From positions 51,212,001-51,276,000 of the forward strand of contig NC_043003.1 in NCBI RefSeq assembly GCF_006345805.1: DNA of 64,000 bases. The letters are read 5' to 3'. A program made the translations under genes and the position numbers. Below, piece after piece: positions 37,485-51,800 of the stretch; positions within the stretch are counted from its first letter, which is position 1; every line of letters begins with the position of its first letter. The DNA is from Octopus sinensis (Eukaryota). The notes beneath the pieces are model-generated. The model saw nothing but the letters and a program-made list of their open reading frames with translations. It was not told the DNA's origin and did no database searches.

Positions 37485-40400
37485 GTAAGTTATCATTTCT
37501 ACTGAGAGAAAAATGTTGAGTGAGGAGTGTGCAAGTGAAGTCAGCCTAAACAGGATTTGCAATCAGAACACAAGTGGATGTAACGAAATAGTTCATGGTC
37601 ATTTATTCTTTGATCTATTGATTTTTCCCTATAATAATGATTTCTTACATTGCTAAAAGGTTGTTAAGTTGCAGGGAATGGTTTAATAGATGAAATTCAC
37701 TTCTATACATGCCACTTATTTTAATGACCCTGGAGATACAAGGTCATCTTTAAGCAGGTTTTGAACTTGGAATATGCATTGATAAAACTATTTACGATCA
37801 AACATTTAGCCCGATACACTACTATTTCTGCCAATTGCCATCATCATTTTATGTGCTTTTTTTTTTTTTTTTTTACATAGTTTGGACATCTCTTCTTCAG
37901 CACAGTGACTTGTTACTTGTTACAGTTCTTTGTCATTCCTTTCATGAATTTCATCCTCCTGATATAAGCTTCCACCACTTCCTCCCACCTGTTCCTTGGT
38001 CTTCCTCTTCTGCATGTTCTTTCCATTTGGACTGCTTGGCACTTTTTACTTAGCCATCACCCCTCCCCCTCAATCCCACCTCCACCCTACCCATACACAT
38101 CACATGTTTACATCAGCATTGTCTTTTCTGTTACTCTCTATGTCATATATAGATTCACTTTCAAGTCATTTGTACTCTGGTGTTCATGCACTCTAACAAT
38201 AATCTGAAATGGGCCTCGTAACAGTTTTGGTTCTTTTGTTTCATTTAGTCTTGACAGTGGTACATATGCTGTCATGTTGCCTATAATTAATGTAGGCTAA
38301 TTATTCTGTGTCATACACTGATTACTTCAATTACTTTATCTACATTGCCAGTGCTGGTGCCATGTAAAAAGCACCTAGTCCTTTCTGTAAAGTGACTGGC
38401 ATGAGGAAAGGCATCCAGCTGTAGAAACCATGCCAAAACAGACCTCACCAGTGCTGGTGCCATATAAAAAACCATCCAGCCCAGTCTGTATAGTGGTTGA
38501 TATTAGGAAGGGCATCCAGTTGTAAAAACCACGCTAAAGCAGACCTCACCAGTGCTGGTGCCATATAAAAAAACCATCCAGTCCAGTCTGTATAGTGGTT
38601 GACATCAGAAAGGGCATCCAGCTGTAAAAACCATGCCAAAGCAGACCTCATTGGTACTGGTGCCACATAAAAAGCATCCAGTCCACTCTGTAAATAAAAT
38701 GATTAGCATTAGGAAGGGCATCCAGTTGTAAAAACCATGCCAAAACAGACGACAGAGTTTGGTGTTGTCCTCTAGCTTGCCAACTCCTGTCAAACCATTC
38801 AACTTATGTGACCATGAAAGGCAGTTATTTAATGATGAGGATTTTCTCTATCACCACCTCCAGCACTGTTACCTACCTAGAAAATTTGTACTGTATTCTT
38901 TACCCATAAAGAATCCAGTCAAGAATCCCTTCCATCTCAAACTTTGTACACAATACTCATTTACTTGCCTCCGCTCTCACATCTCAGTTATCTTTCCTGA
39001 TCTATTTTTCATGGTAACCCAATGCTGATGTAGACAACAACAAAGTTTTGCACCTGAAACAGAGAATTTCTGTTAGCATTTTGGTGGCTTAGTGTCTGTT
39101 TTCTACATCTTAAATCAAGAGAAATACAATAATGTTGAGGATGTTGATGACAATAATAGCATTTGTCATCAAGTAAAAATTAAGCTCCATGTAGGATGTC
39201 ACCAAGTTCCTCATAGTACTTATTGTTGTTCAATTGTCTCTCAAGGTCAGAACCTACCAAAAGTGGCTTTGCCAATCAACCCTCTAGAGTAGTAGTTCTT
39301 CATCTTTTTCTTTTTCTTGTTTTGTAAGCCACCACCACCACTATCCTTTTTAAGTAGTCATTATCCCTAGTGCCCACCTAAGTAGTGAGTGTGTTATCAC
39401 AACTAAACTAACTTCACATGGATAATGATTTATAAATTTTACTCTAAAAATGGATTGTATAAGCTTTTAACAGTGAAATGATAAGAAAAATTAATAAAGA
39501 CAAAAGTTGTGAATTTGACTTCCCTGTGCCTGATGAATTCTCATTTTATTTTAATAACCATTACTAGTTTTATCATGTATAATATAATTACTACATAGAT
39601 AAAATGTAGTATGTTAATTATGTTACCTCATCACCCCTCACCCCCTAAAGCCTAACTCCCCCTTCAGCATGTCCAGTGTCCCCTTAGGGGCAGTACTGCC
39701 TTCCTTGAGAACTTCTGCTCTTGGGTCAATAAAATAAGTACTTGGCATATATTGAAGTGGACACAATCAGTTACATCCCAGTTTCTTGGCTGAACTCACA
39801 AAAATTCCATATTTTGTTCTTATTTGCAAATGTTCTTATTTTTACTTTAATGCATTACATTTATTGATCTTCATAGCATTGTTTCAGTTTGTTAAAGGGG
39901 TGTTGGGTGTGTCTTCAGTTTTGTTCCATAGTAAGATTGTTTAAAGCAAAACATGCAGAATTGTTTAATTTAAAAAAAAAATATATTTGATTGCTTTCTC
40001 CACTTTCATACCTTACTTAATGGTGTTAAAAGAAACCTAATACTCAAACTTGTTACATTGTGTTAAAGAGTTGAATTATGTTTTCAATTTCTTTCCATGA
40101 ATAATATTGTTGAAAGTGTAACAGGTAAACACCCATCGTTACAAGCAAAGTAATACTATAAATAAATAATGCCATGCAGTGGGATGGAAACTAAAATCAT
40201 ATAGTTGGGAAGCAAACTTCTTAGCTCACAGCCATGCTTTTGTGCCCCAACCACACACAAAAGAAACTGCTGCATAATTTCCATGTATGAAATTTCACTC
40301 ACACAGTTGTGGAATAAAAACACCTGCCTGTACTACTGCACAGTGAGTTCAAACCACAACCACATAGCTACATTTATATACAAATGAGTAAAATCAGTGT

Positions 40401-40914
40401 CTTTTTGCAAGTAACTCTCTCTCTCTCTCTCTCACACACACAGCTAGACTTAAATGAATGCTCTTGTTATAACAGCAATAATCAATCAAAAAATAGTCAT
40501 GTTTTGCTCAGCTTCATCCTGCTGTGGGAGCTCTGTTGTTTAATCACAAGGTCTTTTTAACACAAGATGGCTGAATGTATGTTTAAATGTACACATGTAA
40601 ACTTACATACAATTTTTTTTACTCATACACTATCCCTATAATTGTAAGTTCCCTTACATAAAGACAGGCATTTATTCACAGAAAAGGACACACATATTTA
40701 ACCACACATGATGTATTCATCATGTTTGTCTTGTAATGATGGAGATCTCTCTTTTCACACCATCTGTTAATTGTATAGTTCTTGATGTGTTTATGTGTGT
40801 TTCTCAGGTTTTACGGTTGATGTTCTGTAGAGCAGGGGGTTTTGAAATGATGAAGTTAATTACTAAAATGTATGTATATAGAGACAGATGTATATATATG
40901 TACAAAAGCCAATA

Positions 40915-40968
<54 letters not shown>

Positions 40969-43220
40969 AACATGTGTGTTCACACATAGTTATGATATTG
41001 AAAGTGATTGTGGTAACTAAACATTGTTTTTAGGTTTGTATGTATTTATAAAACAAGTAATGTGTGTGTGTGTGTTATATACAAGTAGCTGATGTCATCT
41101 GTCATTTCAAGTTCCATAAATACTTGATCAACCAATGGTCATCATGAAATTAATTTAATACCCATAGAACTTGGGTTTACAACAGATGATGACAACTGAA
41201 TAAATATAATTTTGCTTAACACCATATATTTATTACTTCTTCTGTTGCTCATTCTGTGTGTATACATAAATATCATCATAATCATCTTAACATCCACTTT
41301 TCCATGCTTGCATGGGTCAGACAGAATTTGTCATTATTGATGTTGTAGAGATGTATTGAGGTAGGAATGGGTGAAAGAGAGAGTGGGAGAGCATTAGAGA
41401 ATATATATGTAGATAAAGCATTAACTCAAAGGATAGAGATGGTTGGAAGGATCTTTTATTTTAGCCTTTTCTTTTTTTTTTCTTTCTGGTTTGTTTGTCA
41501 ATCATTAGAGCTAGTATTTTTACTGTTAATTTGAAGCTGATTTCTTAGTTGAAGCATTATTGGTAACAACACCCAATCATCAAAACACCCACTTCATTCA
41601 GTAAAACAGGATAATGTAATTTTCACAGTGAGCTTCAGGAAAGAATTAATTATCCACTTTCCATCAACCTAAGTTTTCAAGAATTCCTAATGTTCTATAT
41701 ATTTTTTTGGTTTCTAGCCAAAATCCTTCATCTGAAATGATTTCTGCATGTATTTTTCAGCCGATATTCCTTCTTCCACTTGGAAATTCAACAATGATTT
41801 TTTACAAGGTCTGTATCTTATGTAAGGCATCTTATTTATTGGACACATTCCATGCTGTTGCACTTGGCTTATTGCTCTGTAGATTCTGCTGCTTTCTCTC
41901 TTGCTTTCCTTTTTTCCACAAATCTCTCATCTATATTCCTTGTAAATAACATGCCACCCTTTAAATTCTTTGTCTTTCATACCTTATTTGCTAGCTCCAA
42001 TCACTCTGCTGGAATGCATACTACTGATAGTAAATACAGAGGAAGAAAAACTGTCATGCTTTGACTAGTGCACCTTGCCCACCTCTGCTGTGAATGCATA
42101 TGGGTAAAGAGATGATCTTTAAATGTTGATAGAACTCATGGAAGAGGGTGACCCAGGGAGACATGAGATGAAGTAGTGAAGTCGACCTCAGGTTGTTGAG
42201 CTTTACAGATATGGCAAATAACTGACAGAAATGGCAATTCACTGTACTCAAGAAGACCTGTCCATCTCAGCAAGAATGAGTTCCTAAAAGCATATCATTA
42301 ATATCTATGTCCCCATACTCAATCTGAACCTATCAGTTTCTCTTCACAACTCATCTTCCTAACACCCATCTCTCCCTCATCCCTCAAAATGCAACACTTT
42401 TTCTCAGCTGCTATAATATTATATGAGAACAGAACCGCACATATTCCACTCCATATTATGTGATACTAGTAATTCCTCTTATTGGAACTACTTCCCTTGC
42501 CACCCATCCTGCTTTCCCAACCATTTATCATTATATATCCACTGAACACACCTCTCCTCTGCTATCAACATCCATTTTTGTAACTCCCTATATCCACCTC
42601 TATGTACATCTAACCTCAGTCTATCACTGTGCATCTTCCCTCTCTCTTCTCTTCCTCACCTCTTCTCCCTATTTTTCATCTCTCTATGATTTTATTCTAC
42701 CTTTGTTCTCTAACAACCCTTTCTTTTTATATACTGTTTTTCTGATGTGCTTACAATTCTGCTTGTTCACCACCTTGATAAAAATATGATATAGTATGTA
42801 AGTATAATATGTGTGTATGTATGTATATTGGCTGCCATGTAGACAATTCCCATGAGGGCATTTTCACCTCAAATATTTCTCTCATATTTTCCCCCTTATG
42901 TTTCCTCATCTCATTTCTCTTTTCACTCTACATCCTATTCTGAGGAAAGGCAATGTAAAGTAGTTGGCATGAGGAAGGACATCCAGCTGTAGAAATCTTG
43001 CCAAACCTAAATCTCATGTGGTAGACAATGGAAGCCCCAGGCTAGTCAAATCCTGTGAAACCATCTAGCCCATGGAACATGGATGTTAAATGATGATGAT
43101 GGTATACACGCAACAGGTTTCCACATAGTTTTTCTCTCCAATATTTACATTTTTGTTGATATACATCGGCAAATCATACACACATGTATGTAAAATATGA
43201 AGTATCAATAGTGATACTTA

Positions 43221-43601
43221 TAGGCGTAGGAGTGGCTACGAACTACATGGTTCCAGGTTCAGATCCACTCTGTGGCACCTTGGACAAGTGTCTTCTACTA
43301 TAGCCTTGGGCCAACCAAAGCCTTGTGAGTGGATTTGGTAGACGGAAACTGAAAGAAGCCTGTCGTATATATGTATGTGTGTTTATATGTTTGTGTGTCT
43401 GTGTTTGTCCCCACCCAACATCGCTTGACAACCGATGCTGGTGTGTTTACGTCCCCGTAACTTAGTGGTTCGACAAAAGAGAACGATAGAATAAGTACTA
43501 GGCTTACAAAGAATAAGTCCTGGGGTCAATTTGCTCGACTAAAGGCAGTGCTCCAGCATGGCCACAGTCACATGACTGAAACAAGTAAAAGAGTAAAAGA
43601 G
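43221..43601 (+). mobile_element. tRNA/CORE-type SINE (same family as 18457-18821)
   Basis: accttggacaagtgtcttctactatagc block; internal TG/TA tract; acaagtaaaagagtaaaagag tail. Confidence 0.8.
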
Positions 43602-43803
43602 AGTGAAGCTTCAGCTCAAAACAAATGAAGAAACCTTCCCACTTTTACTGAGTACATTTTTCTTTCTCTCATTTGAAAAGTGCGCACACACACATATGCA
43701 TGCAAGCACATATATTTAAGCATGGCTGTTGCACATACATATCTCCTCATTATACCAATCTATGTGTTTGTTTGTATTTATGTACTCATATGTATAATGT
43801 TGA

Positions 43804-43847
<44 letters not shown>

Positions 43848-44937
43848 TTAAACATATTAAAATAGGGTAATAATAAATTATTATTACCAGTGGCCTAGCA
43901 CAAAAAACGAATTAGTCATTAGACTATATATTATTCATATAGAAATACAATAAGAGGCTTCCAAATAGGAAAGTGTTGTGCTAGAAAGAGCAGTAGAAAT
44001 CTCAAGACCACAAAAACGGATAAATTCACGAAAGGAATGGAAATTAAAAACGTTTACCATCTCGTAGAAATCTCAGTGGTCTTGAGATTTCTACTGCTCT
44101 TTCTAGCACAACGCTTTCCTACTTGGAAGCCTTTTATTGTATTTCTATATTTATATATAGGGATGCACACACATCAGTGTGTTTGTGCATGATAAATTTC
44201 TAAACCATATTTTACCAGCTGATACTGAAGCACTTATTCTCCAACTTAGGTTTGTATTGCTATTTTTCTTCTTATTTTTTATTTGCTTTGCTCTGCAAGG
44301 CATTAACCATTCCATCCGTTTTCAGATCACTTGCTATCTACCTGTGTTTGGTGTGTGTATATATATCTTTTTCTCAGTGCACATTGTCTTTCAGAAGCTA
44401 AAGATGATTGCATGGTCCTTTCATCACTCATTCATACATATTACAAGCACACACACACACTTTAATTCTTATACATATCATGACCAAATGAATAAGGCTA
44501 AAAAGGGCACCAATCTGTAAAGATGGATTCATCACCATCATCATAATTTAGCAATCATATTCCATGCTGACATGGACTGAATGGTCTGGTAGGATCAAAC
44601 ACATCAGAGAGTTGTGATGAGTTTTATTGGTTCCTATTGCTGGATGCCGCCTTCCTAATACCAAATTACCAATTACTTCAGTAAAATATCATCTTGCCCT
44701 TGGTTTCAGTGAAATGGCTATTAAACAATAAATTCTGTTTCTACACTACATTTGAGAAGATCCACTTTGATATTGTTGATGAAGAAATTATGGCCAAATG
44801 ATTATGCTTGAAGACACTCACCTGAGATGGCATGCAGTCAAATCAAATACTGCTGCTCCTCTGATCCACTGTTCATATCTTCTCATGCTCACCTGCTTGT
44901 GCATTGAGTATTTGCTTTGGCACCCCATTACTATCAT

Positions 44938-45165
44938 ACTCTTTTACTCTTTTACTTGTTTCAGTCATTTGACTGCGGCCATGCTGGAGCACCGCCTTTA
45001 GTCGAGCAAATCGACCCCGGGACTTATTCTTTGTAAGCCCAGTACATTCTATCGGTTTCTTTTGCCGAACCGCTAAGTGACGGGGACGTAAACACACCAA
45101 CATCGGTTGTCAAGCAATGCTAGGGGGACAAACACACACACACAAACACACACACATACACACAC

Positions 45166-45197
<32 letters not shown>

Positions 45198-47225
45198 GCC
45201 CTACCTGGGACGTAGTCAGTCCACCTGTACATACCTTCCGACTTGTGAAGACCTGCTGAGGCAAGTGAAAATCAAATCAAATCAAAACAAATCAAAATGA
45301 TGAACATCAATGGAACTTGTATCCTTGTGGTACCAGTGCCAGTGGCACACAAGAATCCATCCGAACGTGGCCGTAGTCAGTACCGCTTGTGGTACCAGTG
45401 CCGGTGGCACACAAGAATCCATCCGAACGTGGCCGTAGTCAGTACCGCTTGTGGTACCAGTGCCGGTGGCACACAAGAATCCATCCGAACGTGCCGTGGC
45501 ACACAAGAGAAAACCATCCGAAAGTGGCCGTAGCCAGTACCGCATCGACTGGCCTCCGTTCTGTGGGCACATGACAAACACCATCCGATCGTGGCGTTCG
45601 CCAGCCTCATCTAGCACCTGTGTCGGTGGCACATAAAAACACCATCCGAAGACCCGGCAAGACTAGTCAGGCCATAACCCATGGCCCCTACCTGGGACGT
45701 AGTCAGTCCACCTGTGCATACCTTCCTTCTTGTGACACTTGTGAAGACCTGTTGAGGCAAGTGAAAATCAAATCAAATCAAAACAAATCAAAATAGATGA
45801 ACATCAATGGAATCTGTATCTTGTGGTACCAGTGCCGGTGGCACACACTTTGTGGCACACATGAGAACCATCCGAACGTGGCCGTAGCCAGTTCCGCATC
45901 GACCGGCCTCCGTGCTGTGGGCACGTAACAAACACCATCCGATCATGGCCGTTCGCCAGCCTCATCTGGCACCTGTGTCGGTGGCACATAAAAACACCTT
46001 CCGAAGACCCGGCAAGACTAGTCAGTCCACCTGTGCATACCTTCCTTCCTTCTTGTGACACTTGTGAAGACGGTTGAGGCAAGTGAAAATCAAATCAAAT
46101 CAAATCAAATCAAAATAGACAAAATAGATGAACATCAATGGAATTTGTATCTTGTGGTACCAGTGCCTGTGGCACACAAGAAATCCATCAGTGCCGTAGT
46201 CAGTGCGGTGGGCACATGACAAACACCATCCGATCGTGGCCGTTCGCCAGCCTCATCTAGCACCTGTGTCGGTGGCACATAAAAACACCATCCGAAGACC
46301 CGGCAAGACTAGTCAGGCCATAACCCATGGCCCCTACCTGGACGTAGTCAGTCCACCTGTGCATACCTTCCTTCTTGTGACACTTGTGAAGACCTGTTGA
46401 GGCAAGTGAAAATCAATCAAATCAAAACAAATCAAAATAGATGACATCAATGGAATTTGTATCTTGTGGTACCAGTGCCGGTGGCACGTGGCACATAAGA
46501 AACATCCGAACGTGGCCGTAGCCAGTACCGCATCGACTGGCCTCCGTGCTGTGGGCACGTAACAAGCACCATCCGATCGTGGCCGTTTGCCAGCCTCATC
46601 TGGCACCTGTGTCCGGTGGCACATAAAAACACCATCCGAGCGTGGCCGTCTGCCAGCCTCGTCTGGCACCTGTGTCGGTGGCACATAAAAAACACCGTCC
46701 GAGCGTGGCCGTCTGCCAGCCTCGTCTGGCACCTGTGTCGGTGGCACATAAAAAACACCATCCGAGCGTGGCCGTCTGCCAGCCTCGTCTGGCACCTGTG
46801 TCGGTGGTGGCACATAAAAAACACCATCCGAGCGTGGCCGTTTGTCAGCCTCGTCTGGCACCTGTGTCGGTGGCACATAAAATCACCCACTACACTCTCG
46901 GAGTGGTTGGCGTTAGGAAGGGCATCCAGCTGTAGAAACACTGCCAGATCTGACTGGACTGGTGCAGCTTTCGGGCTCCCCAGACCCCAGTTGAACCGTC
47001 CAACCCATGCTAGCATGGAAAGCGGACGTTAAATGATGATGATGATGATGATGATGATACATATATACGACAGGCTTCTTTCAGTTTCCGTCTACCAAAT
47101 CCACTCACAAGGCATTGGTCGGCCCGGGGCTATAGCAGAAGACACTTGCCCAAGATGCCACGTAGTGGGACTGAACCCGGAAACATGTGGTTGGTTAGCA
47201 AGCTACTTACCACACAGCCACTCCT
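44938..47225 (-). mobile_element. CORE-type SINE split by a 1.9-kb insertion (3' half 44938-45197, 5' half 47058-47225)
   Basis: The two halves are collinear with the 43221-43601 copy and join at the internal TA tract. Confidence 0.8.
45198..47057 (+). repeat. Tandem array of family A partial copies
   Basis: About 4 iterations of gtgaagacctgttgaggcaagtgaaaatcaaatc...ggtggcacataaaaacaccatccg; one complete tail at about 47030. Confidence 0.8.
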
Positions 47226-48055
47226 GCATCTTTATCTTCTTCCCAGTTATTCTCACCCATCCTTATATAATGCAAGAGAGCCATGTACTATCTCTCTAGC
47301 AAGGCACCTGTGCTTGTTCCTCTGTCATACTTTAGCCTCTCAACATCTGGCTTAAAGCCACCTCCCCCTCTTAAATACTCCCACTTAGTTGAGGAGACTT
47401 TTCTCTGTCCTTTTCCATTCTTGTAAGATATTTGGCAACCTAACTAGTGCCAGTGATACAAAAAAAAAAGTATCCAGCCATAGAAGCTGTACCAAAGCTG
47501 ACTTTGAAGCCCAATGTAACCAACCTTCTAGCTCAACTGGATCCTGTCAAACTGTCCAACCCATGCCAGCGTGGAAAACAGGCATTAAACAATGACAACA
47601 ACGAGGAGGAGGTGTATGGTTGCGAAATAAACTTCTTGACCATGCAGCCATGCCTGCACTCCTTTCTCTCTGTCTGTGCATTCATCTGTGTCTCTTCCTT
47701 CTTTGATCTGATGTGAATTACTTCTTCTATGAATAAATCCCATTGTCAACATAAAGCAGCTTCTCACCCATTACTAATTGCACTGGATGTGTAGGTGCTT
47801 AATCATAACTGCACACCAGATATCAGATAACAAAGAAACTTTTGGAATGCCACTTAAAAGAGAGACAGACAGACAGAGGTGTGTGGGTGGAGGGAGAATG
47901 TGAGAGGATAGTGTCTTGTCTAAGGAAGAGATTTTAGCTTTCCACTTAATTAACACTGGCCTCTAAAAGCCATCCATAGCTTTCTGAAACATTAACACTT
48001 ATTTGTTTGCATAGACTACTTAGGTTTTTAAAAAATCGACATTGGGGCCTCTAGA

Positions 48056-49240
48056 GCGTACCTAACTAGGTAAAATTTTACAAGTGCACGCCCACATTTT
48101 CCACCACAAAAAAAAAAATACACAATATCTCGCGTGGAGTCAACTCCCCTGACCTCCTACTTTCTCACAGATCTTTTATTTTGGTGGTTCGGAAAAAAAT
48201 GGGTGGGGGCGGATTTTTTGATAAAATTTCTCTTTTTCTTTTTTTTTTTCATAGAATAAATTACGGTGAGCTCCTAATATGCTACAAAATCTTTTTTTCT
48301 TTTACCCTGAAAGTGGGGTGGCGGGGTTAGTTCTCTGAAATTTCATGCTCTCCTCCAATTTCACAGGCAAAACTCTCCCTCCCCCTTTCACAGGGAAAAT
48401 GTTTTGGTAAATTTTTACACGAGGGTCAGTACATTGTTCATGGGAACCTTTCTAGTAGCACTCGTCCTTTTAGAAATAACAACCAAATTTCCCTGGCCAC
48501 ACTGCACCATCTTTGTTGAGCGAAACATAACTGTACAGTTTTCTATCATTATCTTTTGTGTGTGTGCATATATGTGCATACACACACACACACATAAGAA
48601 TATACACTTATATACACACATACATATATAGATATATACATGCACATATATAGATATACACACACATATATACACACACCTATACACACAACATGCACGC
48701 ACACAAAAAGATAAAGAAAGAATATTGTATGGGTATATTTTGCTCAACAGAGACAGTGCAATGTGGCTAAGAAGATTTGGCTGTTGTTTCTAAAAGGACA
48801 AGTGCTACTGGAAAGATTCCCTTGCCAACAAGTACTAACCCTTGGGTAAAAATTTGCCAAAAAACTTTTCCTTGTGAGATGGGGGGGGGGGGGCAGGAGG
48901 AATATCCCTGTGAAATTTAGAGAGGGAGTGTGAAATTTCCGAGGGTTCCACTCTACCCAGCCTCTGTTTTCCAGACAATAAATAAGGGTTTTGTGGCATA
49001 TTAGGAGCTCACTGTAATTCATTATACAAAAAAAACATTTTTTCCCAAAAAAATCAGGTTGGAGATGGGTGGGGCGAGCCCTCCCCCCTTTTTTCCTAAC
49101 CACCAAAATAAGGAATTTGCAGGAAAGTAGGAGGTCAGGGGAGTTGATTCCATGCGAAAAACCATGGGCTTTTTTTTTTTTATCAGTGAAGAGTGTGGGG
49201 ATGTACTTGTAGAAATTTACCTAAACAAGGTCAACCTATA
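48056..49240. mobile_element. Degenerate fold-back element with long inverted arms
   Basis: tcaactcccctgacctcctactttc (about 48140) vs gaaagtaggaggtcaggggagttga (about 49125); 48330-48465 vs 48800-48950 also inverted. Confidence 0.75.
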
Positions 49241-50259
49241 TTAATCAGAAATATAGATTGTCGTGTGACTCATAAACCTTCTCGCAACTTAGACCATCCA
49301 AAGGATGGGTGCATTTGCTAGTTTGGGATAATGTTAGCCATGGTACTTATAAGGTTGAGGACCCTTGGTGAAAAAAAAAAGCTTTCATTCCAGTTCAACA
49401 CTGAGTGTGTCATCAGTATTTTCCTTTCTTGCTATTGCTGCTGCTGCTACTACTACTACTGCTGCTGCTGCTGCCATTGTTACCACTACCTCCACCTCCA
49501 CTTCCACTATTACTACTAATTCTACTTCTACTACATAACAATCGTTGAGTTACGTCACACCCTTTTTAGTTTGTTTGTTTTTGCTGTTGTTATTTTCTTA
49601 GTGAGTCAATTTCTTTTCTAGAAGATATTTCATTTCCTTTGTCGTGATGAGGGTTTTTGGGGGTATACCCTGAAGGTGAGAGGTGAAAAGAAGTGAACAG
49701 AGACAGAAAGATTGTGGATGGGTTGAGGTTCTGAGAATGTATAAGGGAATGATATATGGAGAATGCATAGGGAGAAGTTGTTTATATCTGTAAAGGTTGG
49801 GTAAAGTTAAAGGGTGAATGTTATGAGTGATGGATAAAGGATGGGGACTGACCAATGATACATGAGTTGGAGGCAGAAGAGAGAGTAGGAGATGACTGTC
49901 AGTGCAGCCAAAAGAGAACAGCAAAATTGTAATCATGATACAAGAGACAGGAAGATGAAAAGTGAGATATATGTTAAGTAGGTTGCATGAGTGGTGGGGA
50001 GGCAGGTATAGTGCATGTGGAGAGCAAGAGATTTACAGTGGTGGAGAGATAATTTGGTAGCTCAGAGGGGTAGGTTTTATCATTGTAAAATCTGAGTAGA
50101 GAGGACAGTATTAATGGATGAAGGATGGATAACAAGTGAAATGGTGCCAGATAGTAAGAAATATATGGTATCAGGGGAGAAGTGTTGTTAGAGAGATGAT
50201 AAGTGGTGGAAATATCATGAGGAAGAAGAAATTAGGTGAAGGGCCCAGACACACACTCT

Positions 50260-50910
50260 TACTTCAACTTTTTCCTCCTCCCACCCTAAACACACCAAGT
50301 TCTCCATCCCCTATTCCCAATTCTTCCATCTATGCAGGCTCTGCAGTGACAACCATGACTTTGAGACTCATTCTCAACTCTTGGATTTCCCATCACCACT
50401 ATCCACACCACCCTTGCCAGAGCACGTTCCGAGGACCGTGCGTCTGCTCTCTCCCCCGCACCCGCCCCGCTGTCATCCATCTTCCCTCACCTACCACCCC
50501 ACCACCCTACCTCTCCAACACACCATTTTCCGAGCCTTCCCGCGACTCCAGTCCGACGCCTCCACTTCACACATCATCCACACACCTACACATGCACAGA
50601 CGCATACGTCAAGGTCATCAGCCCCCTTCCACACGTACATACACATGCATGCGCACCTTCGTTTTGGGATCACCACTACTTTATTATATCCCCTTCTTCC
50701 TAGCTCTCCTGTGTGACCCCTCTGTCTGGCATTCACCATGATAGATCGCTAGTCACTAAACCTTTTTCTATTTTCTTCCCCTGTTTATTTCTGTGTTCCT
50801 TTCTTTCGATGAGCATAGGCTCAAAAAGTAAAAGACTTTCTCACTTCCTGAGCATTAAACTAATACATCTGTTTGTTGTTTGCACACCGGTCTTCGTCTT
50901 TTGTTTTTTT
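50260..50910 (+). mobile_element. C-rich PLE-like 3' remnant ending in a decayed hammerhead-like motif and (TA)n
   Basis: C-rich tract, then tcttt-cgatga-gcataggctc-aaaaa-gta-aaaga at 50802-50835. Confidence 0.45.
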
Positions 50911-50916
50911 GTAAAT

Positions 50917-50956
<40 letters not shown>

Positions 50957-51146
50957 GCACACAAAAATAGATGGGATGGTCACAGCTGGAAAGCCTATGA
51001 TTGTAGGTGTGCTTGATTATAGATCAGGGTAGACAGCTACATCAAAAGTTTTATTTCTAATGAATCAAATTGTTTAATGTTTATTGTTTCTCCTCCCTGA
51101 CATTACAATTATTGTCTTTCCTTTCTCAAACTTTTATGATCTCTAG

Positions 51147-51328
51147 GTGGCAGTACTGATGATCTCCCTATCAACAAACATCAAATCCATGAAGTGGCTG
51201 AAGGTTTGGGTCATGACTGGAAAAAATTAGCTGTTGAGCTGAATTTCTCTGATGATGTGATTGCACAGTTTGATAGTGAAAGCCACGATGATACTCAGAA
51301 AGCATTGAAAATGTTGACATTATGGTTT
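51147..51328 (+). CDS. THOC1: THOC1 death-domain exon (…PINKHQIHEVAEGLGHDWKKLAVELNFSDDVIAQFDSESHDDTQKALKMLTLWF)
   Basis: ctctag/GTAAGT; death-domain pattern LG.DWK.LA..L.F....I..........A..ML..W; phase consistent. Confidence 0.9.
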
Positions 51329-51404
51329 GTAAGTATTTCAAAATGGTGGCTTTAACCATTTTCTATTTTGTAAAGAATTAACCACACTGTTAACTGTGAT
51401 ATGG

Positions 51405-51800
51405 AGAGCCTCACAATACTGTTTACTGCAGCATAAAACCTCACAATACTGTTAACAGTGGTATGGACCTCACAACACTGTTTACTGTAGCATAGAACCT
51501 CACAACACTTTACTGTAGCATAAAACCTCACAATACTGTTTACTTTTGCATAAAACCTCACAACACTATTTACTGTAGCATAAAACCTCACAACACTATT
51601 TACTGTAGCATAAAACCTCACAACACTGTTTACTGTAGCATAAAACCTCACAACACTGTTTACTCAAACATAAAACCTCACAACACTTAACAGTGATATG
51701 GACTTCACATTACTGTTAACTGTGACATGGAGCCTCACAACACTGTTTATTGTGACATGAATCTCACTACATGGTTTACTATGACATGGATTTTGCAACA
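51405..51800. repeat. 30-bp minisatellite (aaaacctcacaacactgtttactgtagcat)
   Basis: Near-perfect units at 51465-51690 with degenerate flanks. Confidence 0.9.

Noticed and set aside
46560-46880. CRISPR-like regular repeats of about 60 bp
   Set aside because: No unique spacers, eukaryotic context, no cas genes; these are internal tandem units of a retroposon.
51352-51651. Repetitive ORF (RFYATVNSVV)n
   Set aside because: Translation of the 30-bp intronic minisatellite.
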